Part shown: positions 1 through 10,296 of the stretch, in pieces
Layout of the letters: each line of letters starts with the position of its first letter
How positions within the stretch are numbered: position 1 is the stretch's first letter
Source of the DNA: Planctomycetota bacterium
GTDB taxonomy: Bacteria > Planctomycetota > PLA2 > JAEUHO01
Direction of reading: 5' to 3'
DNA length: 64,000 nt
Assembly: GCA_965223505.1 (NCBI GenBank)
Contig: CBDCWP010000030.1
Span: 224,001-288,000, forward strand
Position numbers and translations under genes: made by a program
Notes under the pieces: generated by a model
The model's input: the letters and a program-made list of their open reading frames with translations, nothing else
Told to the model about the DNA's origin: nothing
Databases searched by the model: none

Positions 1-815
1 TTGATCGAGTGCAACAGCGGTTCGAGCTGATCGAGCACGATCATGTTCGGCCCGTCGGACTTCGCGTTGTCGGGGTCTTCGTGCACCTCCATGAAGAACC
101 CGTCGACGCCCACCGCGGCCGCGGCGCGCACGAGACCGGGCACCTCGGTGCGGTCGCCGCCCGACTTGTCGCCGAGCGCGCTCGGACGCTGCACGCTGTG
201 CGTGCCGTCGAAGACGACGGGATGTCCCATCGCGCGCATCATCGGAAGCGATCGGAAGTCGACGACGAGGTTGCCGTAGCCGAACGACGCGCCGCGCTCC
301 GTCAGCAACACGTCCTTGCAGCCCGACTCCTCGAGCTTCTGCACGACGGGACGCATGTTCTCCGGCGCGAGGAACTGTCCCTTCTTCACGTTCACGGCCT
401 TGCCGGTCTTCGCGGCCGCCACGAGCATGTCGGTCTGTCGGCACAGGAACGCGGGCACCTGCAGGATGTCCACGACCTCCCCCACCGCCGGCGCCTGGTC
501 GGCGCTGTGGAAGTCGGTCAGGACGCGCACGCCGGTCTCGCGGCGCACCTGCGCGAGGACGTCGAGCCCCTCGTCGATGCCGGGCCCGCGAAACGAGTGG
601 ATGCTGGTGCGGTTGGCCTTGTCGAACGACGACTTGAAGCAGTACTGGAAGCCCGCGCCTTCGGCGATCGCGCGGATGCGTTCCGCGTGACGCAGCGCCA
701 TGTCGCGACCCTCGATCACGCACGGACCCGCGATCAACAAGGGGCGCTCGCCGGGCCCCACGTTCTCGGCGCCGACGCGGCAGGGCGTGATCTGGACTTC
801 GGCGGTGGTGCTCAC
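1..815 (-). CDS. kdsA: 3-deoxy-8-phosphooctulonate (KDO-8-P) synthase, 3'-truncated by window edge
   Basis: Not in the ORF track; translated by hand. GTG at 815 overlaps the lysA TGA. Reads ...IAGPCVIE...[12 protein letters not shown]...[13 protein letters not shown]...NVKKGQF...ERGASFGY...[17 protein letters not shown], which are KdsA motifs. Confidence 0.95.
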   Translation of the reverse strand, partial: MSTTAEVQITPCRVGAENVGPGERPLLIAGPCVIEGRDMALRHAERIRAIAEGAGFQYCFKSSFDKANRTSIHSFRGPGIDEGLDVLAQVRRETGVRVLTDFHSADQAPAVGEVVDILQVPAFLCRQTDMLVAAAKTGKAVNVKKGQFLAPENMRPVVQKLEESGCKDVLLTERGASFGYGNLVVDFRSLPMMRAMGHPVVFDGTHSVQRPSALGDKSGGDRTEVPGLVRAAAAVGVDGFFMEVHEDPDNAKSDGPNMIVLDQLEPLLHSI

Positions 816-2113
816 TTCGAACTCTCCACACCCAGTTTGCGGTACGGCGCGTCGGGACGCTCACATCGAACCAGATCTTCGTAGGTCTCGCGCACGCGAA
901 CCACAGCGAACTCGGCCCCGTCCACCAGGACCTCGGGCGGCCGGCGGCGCTCGTTGTAATTGCTGGCCATCACGAAGGCGTAGGCGCCCACGCTCATGAC
1001 CGCGAGCACCTCGCCCGACGCAACCGGCGGCAGCGGCCGGTCTTGCGCCAGAAAGTCCCCGGTCTCGCAGACGGGCCCGACGATGTCGCACGGCGGCGCG
1101 TCGGCTTCTTCGCCCAGGGGCGGCGGCGCGTCGCCGGTGACCGGCCAGATGCGGTGGTAGCCCTCGTACAGGCTCGGACGAATGAGATCGTTCATGCCGG
1201 CGTCGACGATCACGAAGCGCCGGTCTCCCGACGCCTTGTTGAACAAGACGGTCGTCAGCAGCACGCCGGCGTTGCCGACGATCACGCGCCCGGGCTCCAT
1301 GATGAGCTTCAGGCCGCTCGAGCGAACGTCGTCGCGAACGGCGTCGGCGTAGTCGGCGAGGGCGGGGACGTTCTGATCGCGGTAGTAGATGCCGTAGCCG
1401 CCGCCCATGTTGAGCCACTCGATGTCGGGGATGTCTCGTCGAAGGTCGGTGGCGAGCTTGGCCGTTCGGCGCACGGCGGCTTGATACGGCTCGACGGACG
1501 AGATCTGGCTCCCGATGTGACACTGGATGCCGACGAGCCGCAGGTGCGTCGACGCGGCGATGCGTTGCGCGAGCCGGCCCGCGCGCTCGATGTCGACGCC
1601 GAACTTGGTCTCCTTCTGCCCCGTCGAGATGTAGCGGTGCGTCTTCGGGTCGACGTCGGGGTTGACACGAATGGCGACGTCGCCGCGTGTTCCGAGGCGC
1701 TTGGCGACCCGTTCGATGAGATCGAGCTCGGCTTCGCTCTCGACGTTGAACATGAGCAGCTTGGCTTCGAGGCCCGCCATGACCTCGCTCTCGGTCTTGC
1801 CGACACCGGAGAAGACGATGCGACTCGGGTCGGCGCCGGCGGCGAGAACACGTTGCAGCTCCCCCTCCGAGACGATGTCGAACCCCGTGCCGGCTTCGCG
1901 CAGGACGTTGAGCAGCGCGAGGTTGCCGTTCGCCTTGGCGGCGAAGCAGATGAGCGGATCGAGATCGCCGAACGCCTTGCGAATGCCGTCCACGTGATCG
2001 CGCACGGTGCGGGTGGAGTAGACGTACGCAGGCGTGCCGACCTCCCGCGCCAGCGCGTCGAGGGGCACGTCTTCGCACCAGAGGCGGCCGTCGTGGTGGT
2101 GGAACCGGTCCAT
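812..2113 (-). CDS. lysA: diaminopimelate decarboxylase
   Basis: [14 protein letters not shown] (PLP Lys), [26 protein letters not shown] motifs. Start taken as ATG 2113 (MDRFHH); the longer track start runs through a REP. Confidence 0.95.
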   Translation of the reverse strand: MDRFHHHDGRLWCEDVPLDALAREVGTPAYVYSTRTVRDHVDGIRKAFGDLDPLICFAAKANGNLALLNVLREAGTGFDIVSEGELQRVLAAGADPSRIVFSGVGKTESEVMAGLEAKLLMFNVESEAELDLIERVAKRLGTRGDVAIRVNPDVDPKTHRYISTGQKETKFGVDIERAGRLAQRIAASTHLRLVGIQCHIGSQISSVEPYQAAVRRTAKLATDLRRDIPDIEWLNMGGGYGIYYRDQNVPALADYADAVRDDVRSSGLKLIMEPGRVIVGNAGVLLTTVLFNKASGDRRFVIVDAGMNDLIRPSLYEGYHRIWPVTGDAPPPLGEEADAPPCDIVGPVCETGDFLAQDRPLPPVASGEVLAVMSVGAYAFVMASNYNERRRPPEVLVDGAEFAVVRVRETYEDLVRCERPDAPYRKLGVESSK

Positions 2114-2126
2114 CGAACGAACGACT

Positions 2127-2213
2127 GTAGGGGCGGCCCTCGTGGCCGCCCACGAACTACTACAGTGTGAACGCCGCTCGCCGATCGCGGGCGGGCACAA
2201 GGCCCGCCCCTAC
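2127..2213. repeat. REP doublet (REPIN-like), GTAG family
   Basis: GTAGGGGCGGCCCTCGTGGCCGCCC (2127-2151) and inverted GGGCGGGCACAAGGCCCGCCCCTAC (2189-2213). Confidence 0.85.
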
Positions 2214-2215
2214 AC

Positions 2216-3094
2216 CTACACCCGGTGCCCGATCCTGGACGTCAACCGGTTCGTCGGCTGGACCGGCGCCTCGATCGAGCCGCCGTCGCTCATGCGGTCC
2301 AGGTACACCTTCAGCTTCTTCAGCGTCTTGGTGTGGATCTGGCACACGCGGCTCTCGGAGATGCCCATGACGCGGCCGATCTCCTTCATCGTGAGGCCTT
2401 CGTGATAGTAGAGCGCGATCACGGTGCGCTCGGGCTGGGTCAGCACCTCGACCAACGCGCCCGCCAGGTCCTGCGCGACGAGCTTGTCGAACGGAACCTC
2501 ACTGTCCTTGTCCATCAACGCGTCGAGCTTGCGCAGCATGCGCGGGTCGTCGTCGCGCTCGTCCTGCTGGTTGAGCGTGTACACGTTGGTGAGGTTCGAC
2601 TCGCGCCGCATCTTGACGGTCTCTTGATGCGACAGCTCCATGTACTGCGCCGTCTCGTGGTCGCTGGGCTCGCGGCCCAGGTCCTTGCGAAGCTCGGTCA
2701 GCGCCTTCTTGTAGGCGCTCGCGCGGTTGCGCACGAGGCGCGGGACCCAGTCCTGGGACCGCAGCTCGTCGAGGATCGCGCCGCGCACCCGCGTCGCGCA
2801 GTACGACTCGAACGGCGTGCCGCGCTCGAGATCGAAGTTCTCGATGGCCCGCATCAGGCCGAAGACGCCCGCGCTGCGCAGGTCCTGCACGTCGATCGAC
2901 CGCGGCAGGCGCGCCGCGATGCGGTTGCCGATGACCTTGACGAGGTAGTGGTAGGCCTCGACCAGCTGGTTGCGAAGCACCGGATCGCCGTGCGCCTTGT
3001 ACTTGCGCCAGACCTCCGTCATGTCCGGTCCCCGGCGCAGTCTGCGCTTCGGGGCGTTGCCGTTCTTCTGCGTCAGGGCCTGGCGAGCCTTCAC
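2216..3094 (-). CDS. FliA/WhiG-family RNA polymerase sigma factor (sigma-28-like)
   Basis: RNQLVEAY, DLRSAGVFGLMRAIENFD, RVRGAILDELRSQDWVPR, LYYHEGLTMKEIG..MGISESRVCQIH. GTG at 3094 is preceded by GGAGG. Confidence 0.9.
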   Translation of the reverse strand: MKARQALTQKNGNAPKRRLRRGPDMTEVWRKYKAHGDPVLRNQLVEAYHYLVKVIGNRIAARLPRSIDVQDLRSAGVFGLMRAIENFDLERGTPFESYCATRVRGAILDELRSQDWVPRLVRNRASAYKKALTELRKDLGREPSDHETAQYMELSHQETVKMRRESNLTNVYTLNQQDERDDDPRMLRKLDALMDKDSEVPFDKLVAQDLAGALVEVLTQPERTVIALYYHEGLTMKEIGRVMGISESRVCQIHTKTLKKLKVYLDRMSDGGSIEAPVQPTNRLTSRIGHRV

Positions 3095-3373
3095 GACGAT
3101 CCCTCCCATGTCCTTCGGGCAGGGCATCGAAACCGGCGCGCCGTAGGTCGCGCCGAGAGGCCCCCTCCCCGAGGCCCCCCGGCGCACGGCACCGGATGTC
3201 TGGCGTACGAAAGACACCCGATCTCGATGTCGCTGCCCGTCGAACCGATCCTTGCGGTGCCCACCGCGCCCACCAAGGTCAAATCTCTTCATCCGGCGCC
3301 GATCGGAACCGACCCAATGAAGGGGGACGACCTACCAGACTTCGCGTTTTCGCCCGGCGAGAACGGTCCGCAA

Positions 3374-3420
3374 CCTCAAGATGTTGTATTGAAACAGGAT
3401 ACGAACGCTACAGCTAGAGA
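3374..3420. promoter_or_regulatory. candidate tandem NrdR-type boxes
   Basis: cctCaAgATgTtGtat (3374-3389) and acgCtAcAGcTaGaga (3405-3420) fit acaCwAtATaTwGtgt and are 31 bp apart, in an AT-richer divergent intergenic region. Confidence 0.45.
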
Positions 3421-3591
3421 TTTGTCACGAAATGGTCACGGCCCCGTGATGCACCGGGGGCTCCCGCCGACAGCAGCGTTTGTAGCACCGGGGTCCCCCA
3501 CTGTCGGGCGCTCTGCTCGCAGCATTCGCGGCGTCCCGATCTGTCGCGCGGGTACAAATCGCTCTCGAATCCCTGCGGAAGGCATTGAGAC

Positions 3592-4950
3592 GTGAGCGAA
3601 ACCATGGAACAGGTCGTGGCGCTGACCAAGCGCCGCGGATTCGTCTATCCCTCGTCGGAGATCTACGGCGGCCTGCAGGCCACGTACGACTACGGCCCGG
3701 TCGGGATCGAGCTCAAGCGCCTCATCAAGGACGACTGGTGGCGCGCGATGGTGTCCGAGCGCGAGGACGTCGTGGGCCTGGACGCCTCGATCCTCATGGC
3801 CGCTCGCGTCTGGGAGGTGTCCGGCCACGTGGGCGGGTTCAACGACCCCCTGGTGGACTGCAAGAAGTGCAAGGCGCGCTTCCGCGAGGACAAGCTCGAT
3901 CAGTCGGTGTGCCCGAAGAAGCCGTCGAAGAAGCCGGGCGAGTGCGGCGGCGAGCTGACGGAGCCGCGCCTGTTCAACCTGATGTTCAAGACGAAGGTCG
4001 GGCCGGTGGACGACGACGCCGCCGTCACGTATCTGCGGCCGGAGACGGCGCAGGGCATCTTCGTCAACTTCAAGAACGTGATGGACACGACGCGCGTGAA
4101 GATCCCCTTCGGCATCGCGCAGATCGGAAAGGCGTTCCGCAACGAGATCGTGACGGGCAACCAGATCTTCCGGATGCGCGAGTTCGAGCAGATGGAGATG
4201 GAGTTCTTCTGCGAACCGGGCACGGACGCGGAGTGGCTCGCGTACTGGCAGAAGGAACGGCTCGAGTGGTGGCGTTCGCTGGGCGTGCGGTCGGAGAACC
4301 TGCGGATTCGCGACCACGAGGCCGACGAGCTGGCGCACTACGCGGCGGGCTGCGGCGACGTCGAGTACAAGTACCCGTGGGGTTGGGACGAGGTCGAAGG
4401 CGTCGCGAACCGCACCGACTACGACCTCAAGGCGCACACGGACGGCAGCGGGCGCAAGTTGACGTACCGCGACGAAGAGAAGAAGGAGTGGGTCACGCCG
4501 TACGTGATCGAGCCTTCCATGGGGGTCGATCGCTGCTTCTTGACGGTGCTGTGCGACGCCTACGAGGTCGAGGTGAAGCCCAACGGCGAGAAGCGCACCG
4601 TGCTGCACCTGCACCCGAAGCTGGCCCCGACGCAGGTGGGCGTGTTCCCGCTGGTCAAGCGCGACGGGATGCCGGAGAAGGCGCGCGCGATCTACGACGG
4701 CATCAAGCACACGTTCCGCGCGTTCTACGACGAGGGCGGCACGGTGGGGAAGCGCTACAGCCGTCTGGACGAGATCGGAACGCCGTTCGGCGTGACGGTC
4801 GACAGCCAGACGCTGGAGGACGGAACCGTCACGGTGCGCGACCGTGACTCGATGGCGCAGGACCGCGTCGCGTCCGATCAGGTCGCGAGCTTCATCGCGG
4901 AGCGCATCGGCGGCTGGACGCGCGAGACGGCCGGCAAGGCGGACGCATGA
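3592..4950 (+). CDS. glyQS: glycine--tRNA ligase (homodimeric alpha2 type)
   Basis: KRRGFVYPSSEIYGG, LRPETAQGIF, GKAFRNEI, FRMREFEQME, EG(V)ANRTDYDL, PYVIEPSMG, and a C-terminal anticodon-binding domain. Confidence 0.97.
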   Translation: MSETMEQVVALTKRRGFVYPSSEIYGGLQATYDYGPVGIELKRLIKDDWWRAMVSEREDVVGLDASILMAARVWEVSGHVGGFNDPLVDCKKCKARFREDKLDQSVCPKKPSKKPGECGGELTEPRLFNLMFKTKVGPVDDDAAVTYLRPETAQGIFVNFKNVMDTTRVKIPFGIAQIGKAFRNEIVTGNQIFRMREFEQMEMEFFCEPGTDAEWLAYWQKERLEWWRSLGVRSENLRIRDHEADELAHYAAGCGDVEYKYPWGWDEVEGVANRTDYDLKAHTDGSGRKLTYRDEEKKEWVTPYVIEPSMGVDRCFLTVLCDAYEVEVKPNGEKRTVLHLHPKLAPTQVGVFPLVKRDGMPEKARAIYDGIKHTFRAFYDEGGTVGKRYSRLDEIGTPFGVTVDSQTLEDGTVTVRDRDSMAQDRVASDQVASFIAERIGGWTRETAGKADA

Positions 4951-5381
4951 TGCGTGCCGCCCTGTGCTTCGTGTTGTTGTTGGCGGCGTGCTCGTCGAAC
5001 AGGGCGCCGGACGTCGATCCGAACGCGCCGGTGCCGGCGACGAACGTGCCGCCGCGGTTCGCGCGCATCAACCAGGTGCTCGAGCAGGCGCGCTTCCTGC
5101 TCTACAAGAACCGCGTCCCCGAGGTGCGTGCGTTGGACAACACGATCACCGACGAGGGACTCGCGTTGATTCGCGCGCGTTTGCCGAACGACCTGCGCCG
5201 GGCGGACGTGCCGCGTTACGAAGAGGGCCGCCGGGCATTCGGCGAAGCGCTGAAGGAGTACGCGGCGTCGGTGTCCGATCCGAACGACGCGCGGCTGCGT
5301 GCCGCGATCGAACGGCTCTACGACGCCCAGCGCGGTTGGGCCGACGCGTACGTGGGGCGACCCGTCGAATCGGCGATCTAG
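4947..5381 (+). CDS. hypothetical lipoprotein
   Basis: ATGA overlap with glyQS; signal peptide with lipobox LAAC. Confidence 0.75.
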   Translation: MMRAALCFVLLLAACSSNRAPDVDPNAPVPATNVPPRFARINQVLEQARFLLYKNRVPEVRALDNTITDEGLALIRARLPNDLRRADVPRYEEGRRAFGEALKEYAASVSDPNDARLRAAIERLYDAQRGWADAYVGRPVESAI

Positions 5382-5470
5382 CGCCGACGGATTCGATACC
5401 CTCTCCCTTGCGGTACGCACGAGCTCGTGCATCGCCGACCCCAGTGACGAACATCGAAGAGAAGGAAGCG

Positions 5471-5920
5471 ATGCAGCTCCTCGAACATCTATTTGTTTCC
5501 GGCGAGTTCCCCGAACGAGCCCGCCTGCTGTCCGGGCTGACGCTCGAGCAAGTCACGCTACGCCCCGATGGCGCGTCGCACTCGATCTACGAGGAGCTGT
5601 GGCACGTCGTGGCGTACCAGCACAGCGTCGTCGGCGGGGGCGACCCGGACGGCGCACGGTTTCCGACTGCGGCGCCGGAGCACGAGCACCAATGGCACGA
5701 CCTGGTGCGGAAGTTCCTGGACGGCGCTCGCGCTGCAGCGGCGTTGGGGCAGGCGCCCGAGCAGTTGGCGCGCGAGCTCGAGCCGGGGCTGACGCTGGCC
5801 GACGAGCTGAAGTGTGTGGCCGAGCACAACGCCTTTCACCTTGGCAAGATCGTTGCGTTACGGCAGCGGATTGGTGCGTGGCCGACAGCGGACGCGCCTG
5901 CTTCCGATCCCAGCTTGTGA
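5471..5920 (+). CDS. DinB family protein
   Basis: AGAAGGAAG upstream of ATG; HSIYEELWHV and EHNAFHLGKIVALRQ metal-binding His motifs. Confidence 0.8.
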   Translation: MQLLEHLFVSGEFPERARLLSGLTLEQVTLRPDGASHSIYEELWHVVAYQHSVVGGGDPDGARFPTAAPEHEHQWHDLVRKFLDGARAAAALGQAPEQLARELEPGLTLADELKCVAEHNAFHLGKIVALRQRIGAWPTADAPASDPSL

Positions 5921-5972
5921 GTTCCGAGACGAGGTGGGAAAGGCCGGCACGCATTCCGTACGATCGGCGGCG

Positions 5973-6764
5973 ATGGAGGCCCTGCGCGCGATTCGCGAGC
6001 TCTACGATCGTCACGAGCGGCGGCCTGTCGTCATCGACGGCATGGCGCGCGAAGAGACGAGCCGAACCCTGCGATTCGTCAACCTCGGCCGAGGTCCGGG
6101 CGTGGTGATCCACTCGAATCTCGACGAGGACAGCGCCGACGAGGCGATCGGTGCGGAGGTGGCTCGCTTCCGAGACGCCGGACAGGCGTTCGAGTGGAAG
6201 CTCCACGACTACGACGAGCCGTCTGATCTGCGACGGCGGCTGGGACGATTCGGCTTCGTTCCACAGCCGGAGGAAGTGCTCGTCGCGTTCGATCTCGACG
6301 GGCCCTTGCCGGCGACGCCGTCGGAGGTGGAAGTGCGATCCGTCGCTGACGTTGCGGGGTTGGACACAGTCCACGGCATCCGCAGCGCTGCGTTTGGTCG
6401 CGAGCAGGCGTGGCAAAGGGAGGCTCTGCGCGAGGAGTTCGCACGCGCACCGGAGGAGCTGCGCGTATTCGTCGCGTACGTCGACGGTGAGCCTGCCGCC
6501 GCCGGTTGGTCGCGTTTGCTTCCTGGCAGTCCGTTCGCCACCCTTTGGGGCGGCGGCACGGTGCCCGCTCGTCGTCGCCGGGGCGCCTACCGCGCCCTGG
6601 TGGCCCGGCGCCTTGCGGACGCGCGGCAGCGAGGGTACCGCCAGGCACTCGTCGATGCCGGGCCGGAGAGCCTGCCGATCTTGGAGCGACTGGGGTTCAT
6701 GCGCGTCGCCCGGATGACGCCGATGATGTGGCATCCGCCGGAAGCCGACGCGCAAGAAACGTAA
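5973..6764 (+). CDS. GNAT family N-acetyltransferase
   Basis: ATLWGGGTVPARRRRGAYRALV (motif A); S.PILERLGF. Confidence 0.85.
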   Translation: MEALRAIRELYDRHERRPVVIDGMAREETSRTLRFVNLGRGPGVVIHSNLDEDSADEAIGAEVARFRDAGQAFEWKLHDYDEPSDLRRRLGRFGFVPQPEEVLVAFDLDGPLPATPSEVEVRSVADVAGLDTVHGIRSAAFGREQAWQREALREEFARAPEELRVFVAYVDGEPAAAGWSRLLPGSPFATLWGGGTVPARRRRGAYRALVARRLADARQRGYRQALVDAGPESLPILERLGFMRVARMTPMMWHPPEADAQET

Positions 6765-6772
6765 CGCCGGTC

Positions 6773-6847
6773 ATGTTCTCGCGATGCGCCGCGCACGTCG
6801 AGCCGACGCCGTCGTGGCGCATACATGACGTGCAGGACTGGGCGTAA
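6773..6847 (+). repeat. shortened copy of the kinase-associated downstream element
   Basis: gtcgtggcgcatacatgacgtgcaggactgggcgtaa (6811-6847) matches the 3' ends of the copies ending at 10539 and 15128. Confidence 0.6.
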
Positions 6848-6891
6848 AGCGGGATCTTGCGCTGCGGGCGACCTCCCGGTTGACTCCCTCG

Positions 6892-9800
6892 GTGATCGGC
6901 AGCCGCGTCAGCGCCTACGAGGTCCTCTCCGAACTGGGTTCGGGCGGCATGGGGGCGGTCTACCTCGCCCGGTGCGCCGAAGCGTCGGCCGGGCTGGACG
7001 TCAGCACGCAGGTCGCGCTGAAGGTCATCCATCCGAACCTGCTGAGCCAGCCGGGGTTCTTCAAGCGCTTCCTGCGCGAGGCCCAGATCGGCCAGGACGT
7101 GCAGCACGAGAACGTCGTGCGGACCTACGACTGCGACGCGACCGACGTCGATGGCGCGGCCGCGCACTTCCTGGTCATGGAGTACGTCGAGGGCCAGACG
7201 CTGCGCGATCTCCTCGACGAGTTGGAGCGCGTCCCCGAGGAACTCTGCCGCCACGTCGGGTGCGAGGTGGCCAAGGGCTTGGCGGCGATCCACGAGGTGG
7301 GGGTCGTCCACCGCGACATCAAGCCCGAGAACGTGCTCATCACCGAGGACCACGTCGTGAAGGTGATGGACCTGGGCGTGGCGCGGCTCCAGGACGAGGC
7401 GATCCGGCTCTCGCAAACCGGGGCATTCGTGGGATCGCTGGAGTACGCCGCGCCCGAGCAGTTCCGCTCGGCCGACGGTGAGCCGGACGGACGCGCCGAC
7501 CTGCACTCCTTGGGCGTCGTGCTCTACGAGTTGGCGACGGGGCAGCATCCCTACCGCGACGAGGACGCCTCGAAGGTCCTGCGCAACATCCTCGACGTGG
7601 CGCCGAGGAAGGCGGGGGAGGTGAACCCGCAGCTATCGCCGTTCTTCGAGGAGGTCATCGGCACGCTGATCGCCAAGGACCGCGATGAACGGTTCGCCGA
7701 TGCGGCCGCCCTCGCGGCCGTGCTGGAGGAGGGCGAGCAGGGCGAGTGGTGGAAGGATCGCGCGAAGGCGCTGCGCATCGAGACGAAACGACCGCTGCGC
7801 CGCATCCGCATCCCCCGCGAGACGGCGCTCTACGGTCGCGACGACGACCTTGCCAAGCTCCAGTCACTGTACGAGAAGGCCAGGGATGGCGATGGGCAGG
7901 TCCTGCTGATCGAGGGCGAGGCGGGCATCGGCAAGACGCGGCTGGTGGACGAGTTCGTGGGGCGGCTTCGTCAGGAGGGCGAAGACCTCAACTTCCTATT
8001 CGGCTCCTACCCTCCGGGCGGCGCGGCGACGGCTTCGGGAGCCTTCTCCGAAGCGTACCGGGCGCAGTTCGGGGCGGAGGGCCTGGAGGAGACGCTCCGA
8101 GACCACCTGACCGTCACGCCCCTGCTGGTCCCCGCATTCGCCGCTCTCCTCAAGGGCGACGCGCCTCCCAAGGACGCCGAGCCCTTGACGAAGGACTCGC
8201 TCCAGACGGTGTTCGTCCACGCGACGCGCAATCTCGCCGCCGAGCGGCCGACGATCGTCTTGATCGACGACCTGCACTTCGCGCCGGAAGACGCGCGGTC
8301 GTTGTTCATGACGCTGGCGCTCGCCGTGCCGGGGCATCCGATCTTGCTCGTCGGGACGATGCGGCCGGGGGTGGACGAGACATGGATCTCGAACTTGACG
8401 AGGCTGGACCACGCCTCGCAGGCCGCGCTGCCGCGTCTCGGGCCGAAGGACTTGTCAGCGCTCCTGGAAGATGCATTCCGGTCCGAGCGACTTGCCGACG
8501 AGTTGGGCTGGAAAATCGCCCAGAGGTCCGACGGCAACCCCTTCTTCGCCTTCGAGATCATACGGGGCCTGCGCGAGGGGCAGTTCATCACGCAGCAGTC
8601 GGACGGCACCTGGGTCAGCACGCAGGTGATCCAGGACATCCAGATCCCCTCGTCGGTGCTGGACCTCGTGAGGGCACGCATCTCCGACTTGAGCCAGGGG
8701 GAGCGAGACCTGCTCGACGTGGCGTCGTGCTGCGGCTTCGAGTTCGATCCCGGGCTGCTGGCCACGGCCCTTGGCCAAGGCCGGATCCCTGTGCTCAAGG
8801 GTCTGGCGCAGATCGAGCGCGCCCATCGGCTCGTCCGGTCACGAGGTCGCAGCTTCGTTTTCGACCACCATCAGGTGCAGGAGGCGATCTACGACAGCCT
8901 GCCCGAGATGCTGCGCGAGGAGTACCACGCAGCCATCGCCGACGCGCTGGAGACGCGCGAGCAGGCCGCAGACAAGGATCCGCAGGACCTGGATGGTGCG
9001 TTGTGCGTGGACCTGTGCGAGCACTTCCTTCGAGGGGCGCAGGGGGACAAGGCTCTTCGTTATCTCGGCCCCGCCTTGAATCACTTGGAGGGAGCATATG
9101 TAAACGATCAGGCGGTCTCGCTGGTGACGCACGTCTTGGACGTCCCCGGGTTGCTGGAGGGCAGCATGCGGAGCGACACTCTGCTGCGTTTGATCTCGGT
9201 GCTCATGCGCCTCTCGCGTTACGCAGAGGCTGGAGAGGCTTGCAAGGAGGTGCTGCGCATCAGCGAGGCCCCGCGTGACCCAGCGAGAGCCGCCCAGGCT
9301 AGCGGCGAGTTGGGTTGGGCTCTCTATCGGCAGGGGCAGTACCAGGAGGCAGCCTTTAAGTTCGAGTCGGTGTTGAAGCTCGCCCGGGATCTCGGTGATC
9401 GGTCGATGGAGGCAAGGGCCGCTCTGGGTCTTGGCGGTGTGTTCGACTCCCTCGGGCAGCACATCGAGGCGCGTGCGGCTTGGGAGCGGGCCCTGGCTCT
9501 TGCCAGAGAGACTGGAGACCGGCGGACGGAGTCCGCATGCGTGACGAACATCGGCAACGCCTTCGCCGCCGAGGGGCGCAGCGCCGATGCCATCGAGCAC
9601 TACGAGATGTCGCACTCCCCGGACGATGGCCTCGAAGGCCGTTGGCGTCTCAATAGTCAGGCGATCACGCTTCACAATCGGGGAGTGGTCTTGGCGGCGC
9701 TGGGCGATCAAGAGGCGGCCGTGAGCTGTCAGGAGACGGCGATTCGAGTCAGTCGCGAGGCCGGATTCACGCACCTGACGGGCACGTCACTGATGGAGTT

Positions 9801-10296
9801 GGGACGCCTGCTGGAAGCCCGCGGCGAGCTAGAGGAGGCCGCCCGTACGCATGCTGATGGGATCCAGGTGCTCGCGGGGGTCGTGCGTGATGAGTTCGCC
9901 GCCTTGGGGCACCTCGCGTATGGGGTCCTTCTGGGACGCCTGGGCCACGAGGCCGAGGGGCGCGCCCACCTACGAGAATCGCTCGCTGTGGCTTCAGAGG
10001 CAGGAGCGCCAGGGGTGCGACTCCTCGCACTTCTCCAGCTGGAGCGTCTGGGTGAGTGTGAGGCCGAGCGTGTGCTAGCTGCCTTCGAAGAGGACAAGGA
10101 CCGCCTTCACCACGACGTGAAGCGAGAGGTCCTGCTGCTCCTCTACGACATGACGGGTGAGCGCCGGTACCTAGAGGATGCCCATCGACATCTCATGTTC
10201 TTCGTCGAGCACGCGCCCGCGCAGTACCGCGAGACCACGCTCACCAACGTCAGACTGCACCGCGAGATCATGGAGGCGTGGGACGAGCAGCAATAG
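6892..10296 (+). CDS. Ser/Thr protein kinase - AAA+/STAND-type ATPase - TPR protein (paralog 1)
   Basis: GSGGMG, VALK, HRDIKPEN, DLG, APE kinase motifs; Walker A GEAGIGKT, Walker B IVLIDDLH; GNPFF; C-terminal TPR-like repeats. GTG start chosen by alignment with paralog 2. Confidence 0.9.
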   Translation: MIGSRVSAYEVLSELGSGGMGAVYLARCAEASAGLDVSTQVALKVIHPNLLSQPGFFKRFLREAQIGQDVQHENVVRTYDCDATDVDGAAAHFLVMEYVEGQTLRDLLDELERVPEELCRHVGCEVAKGLAAIHEVGVVHRDIKPENVLITEDHVVKVMDLGVARLQDEAIRLSQTGAFVGSLEYAAPEQFRSADGEPDGRADLHSLGVVLYELATGQHPYRDEDASKVLRNILDVAPRKAGEVNPQLSPFFEEVIGTLIAKDRDERFADAAALAAVLEEGEQGEWWKDRAKALRIETKRPLRRIRIPRETALYGRDDDLAKLQSLYEKARDGDGQVLLIEGEAGIGKTRLVDEFVGRLRQEGEDLNFLFGSYPPGGAATASGAFSEAYRAQFGAEGLEETLRDHLTVTPLLVPAFAALLKGDAPPKDAEPLTKDSLQTVFVHATRNLAAERPTIVLIDDLHFAPEDARSLFMTLALAVPGHPILLVGTMRPGVDETWISNLTRLDHASQAALPRLGPKDLSALLEDAFRSERLADELGWKIAQRSDGNPFFAFEIIRGLREGQFITQQSDGTWVSTQVIQDIQIPSSVLDLVRARISDLSQGERDLLDVASCCGFEFDPGLLATALGQGRIPVLKGLAQIERAHRLVRSRGRSFVFDHHQVQEAIYDSLPEMLREEYHAAIADALETREQAADKDPQDLDGALCVDLCEHFLRGAQGDKALRYLGPALNHLEGAYVNDQAVSLVTHVLDVPGLLEGSMRSDTLLRLISVLMRLSRYAEAGEACKEVLRISEAPRDPARAAQASGELGWALYRQGQYQEAAFKFESVLKLARDLGDRSMEARAALGLGGVFDSLGQHIEARAAWERALALARETGDRRTESACVTNIGNAFAAEGRSADAIEHYEMSHSPDDGLEGRWRLNSQAITLHNRGVVLAALGDQEAAVSCQETAIRVSREAGFTHLTGTSLMELGRLLEARGELEEAARTHADGIQVLAGVVRDEFAALGHLAYGVLLGRLGHEAEGRAHLRESLAVASEAGAPGVRLLALLQLERLGECEAERVLAAFEEDKDRLHHDVKREVLLLLYDMTGERRYLEDAHRHLMFFVEHAPAQYRETTLTNVRLHREIMEAWDEQQ

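Noticed and set aside
9..884. 291-aa plus-strand ORF and the many other long overlapping ORFs (e.g. 2225-3595, 10949-12838, 37037-38941, 43480-45561)
   Set aside because: Antisense or off-frame shadows of recognisable genes in high-GC DNA; Arg/Ala/Pro-rich with no motifs.
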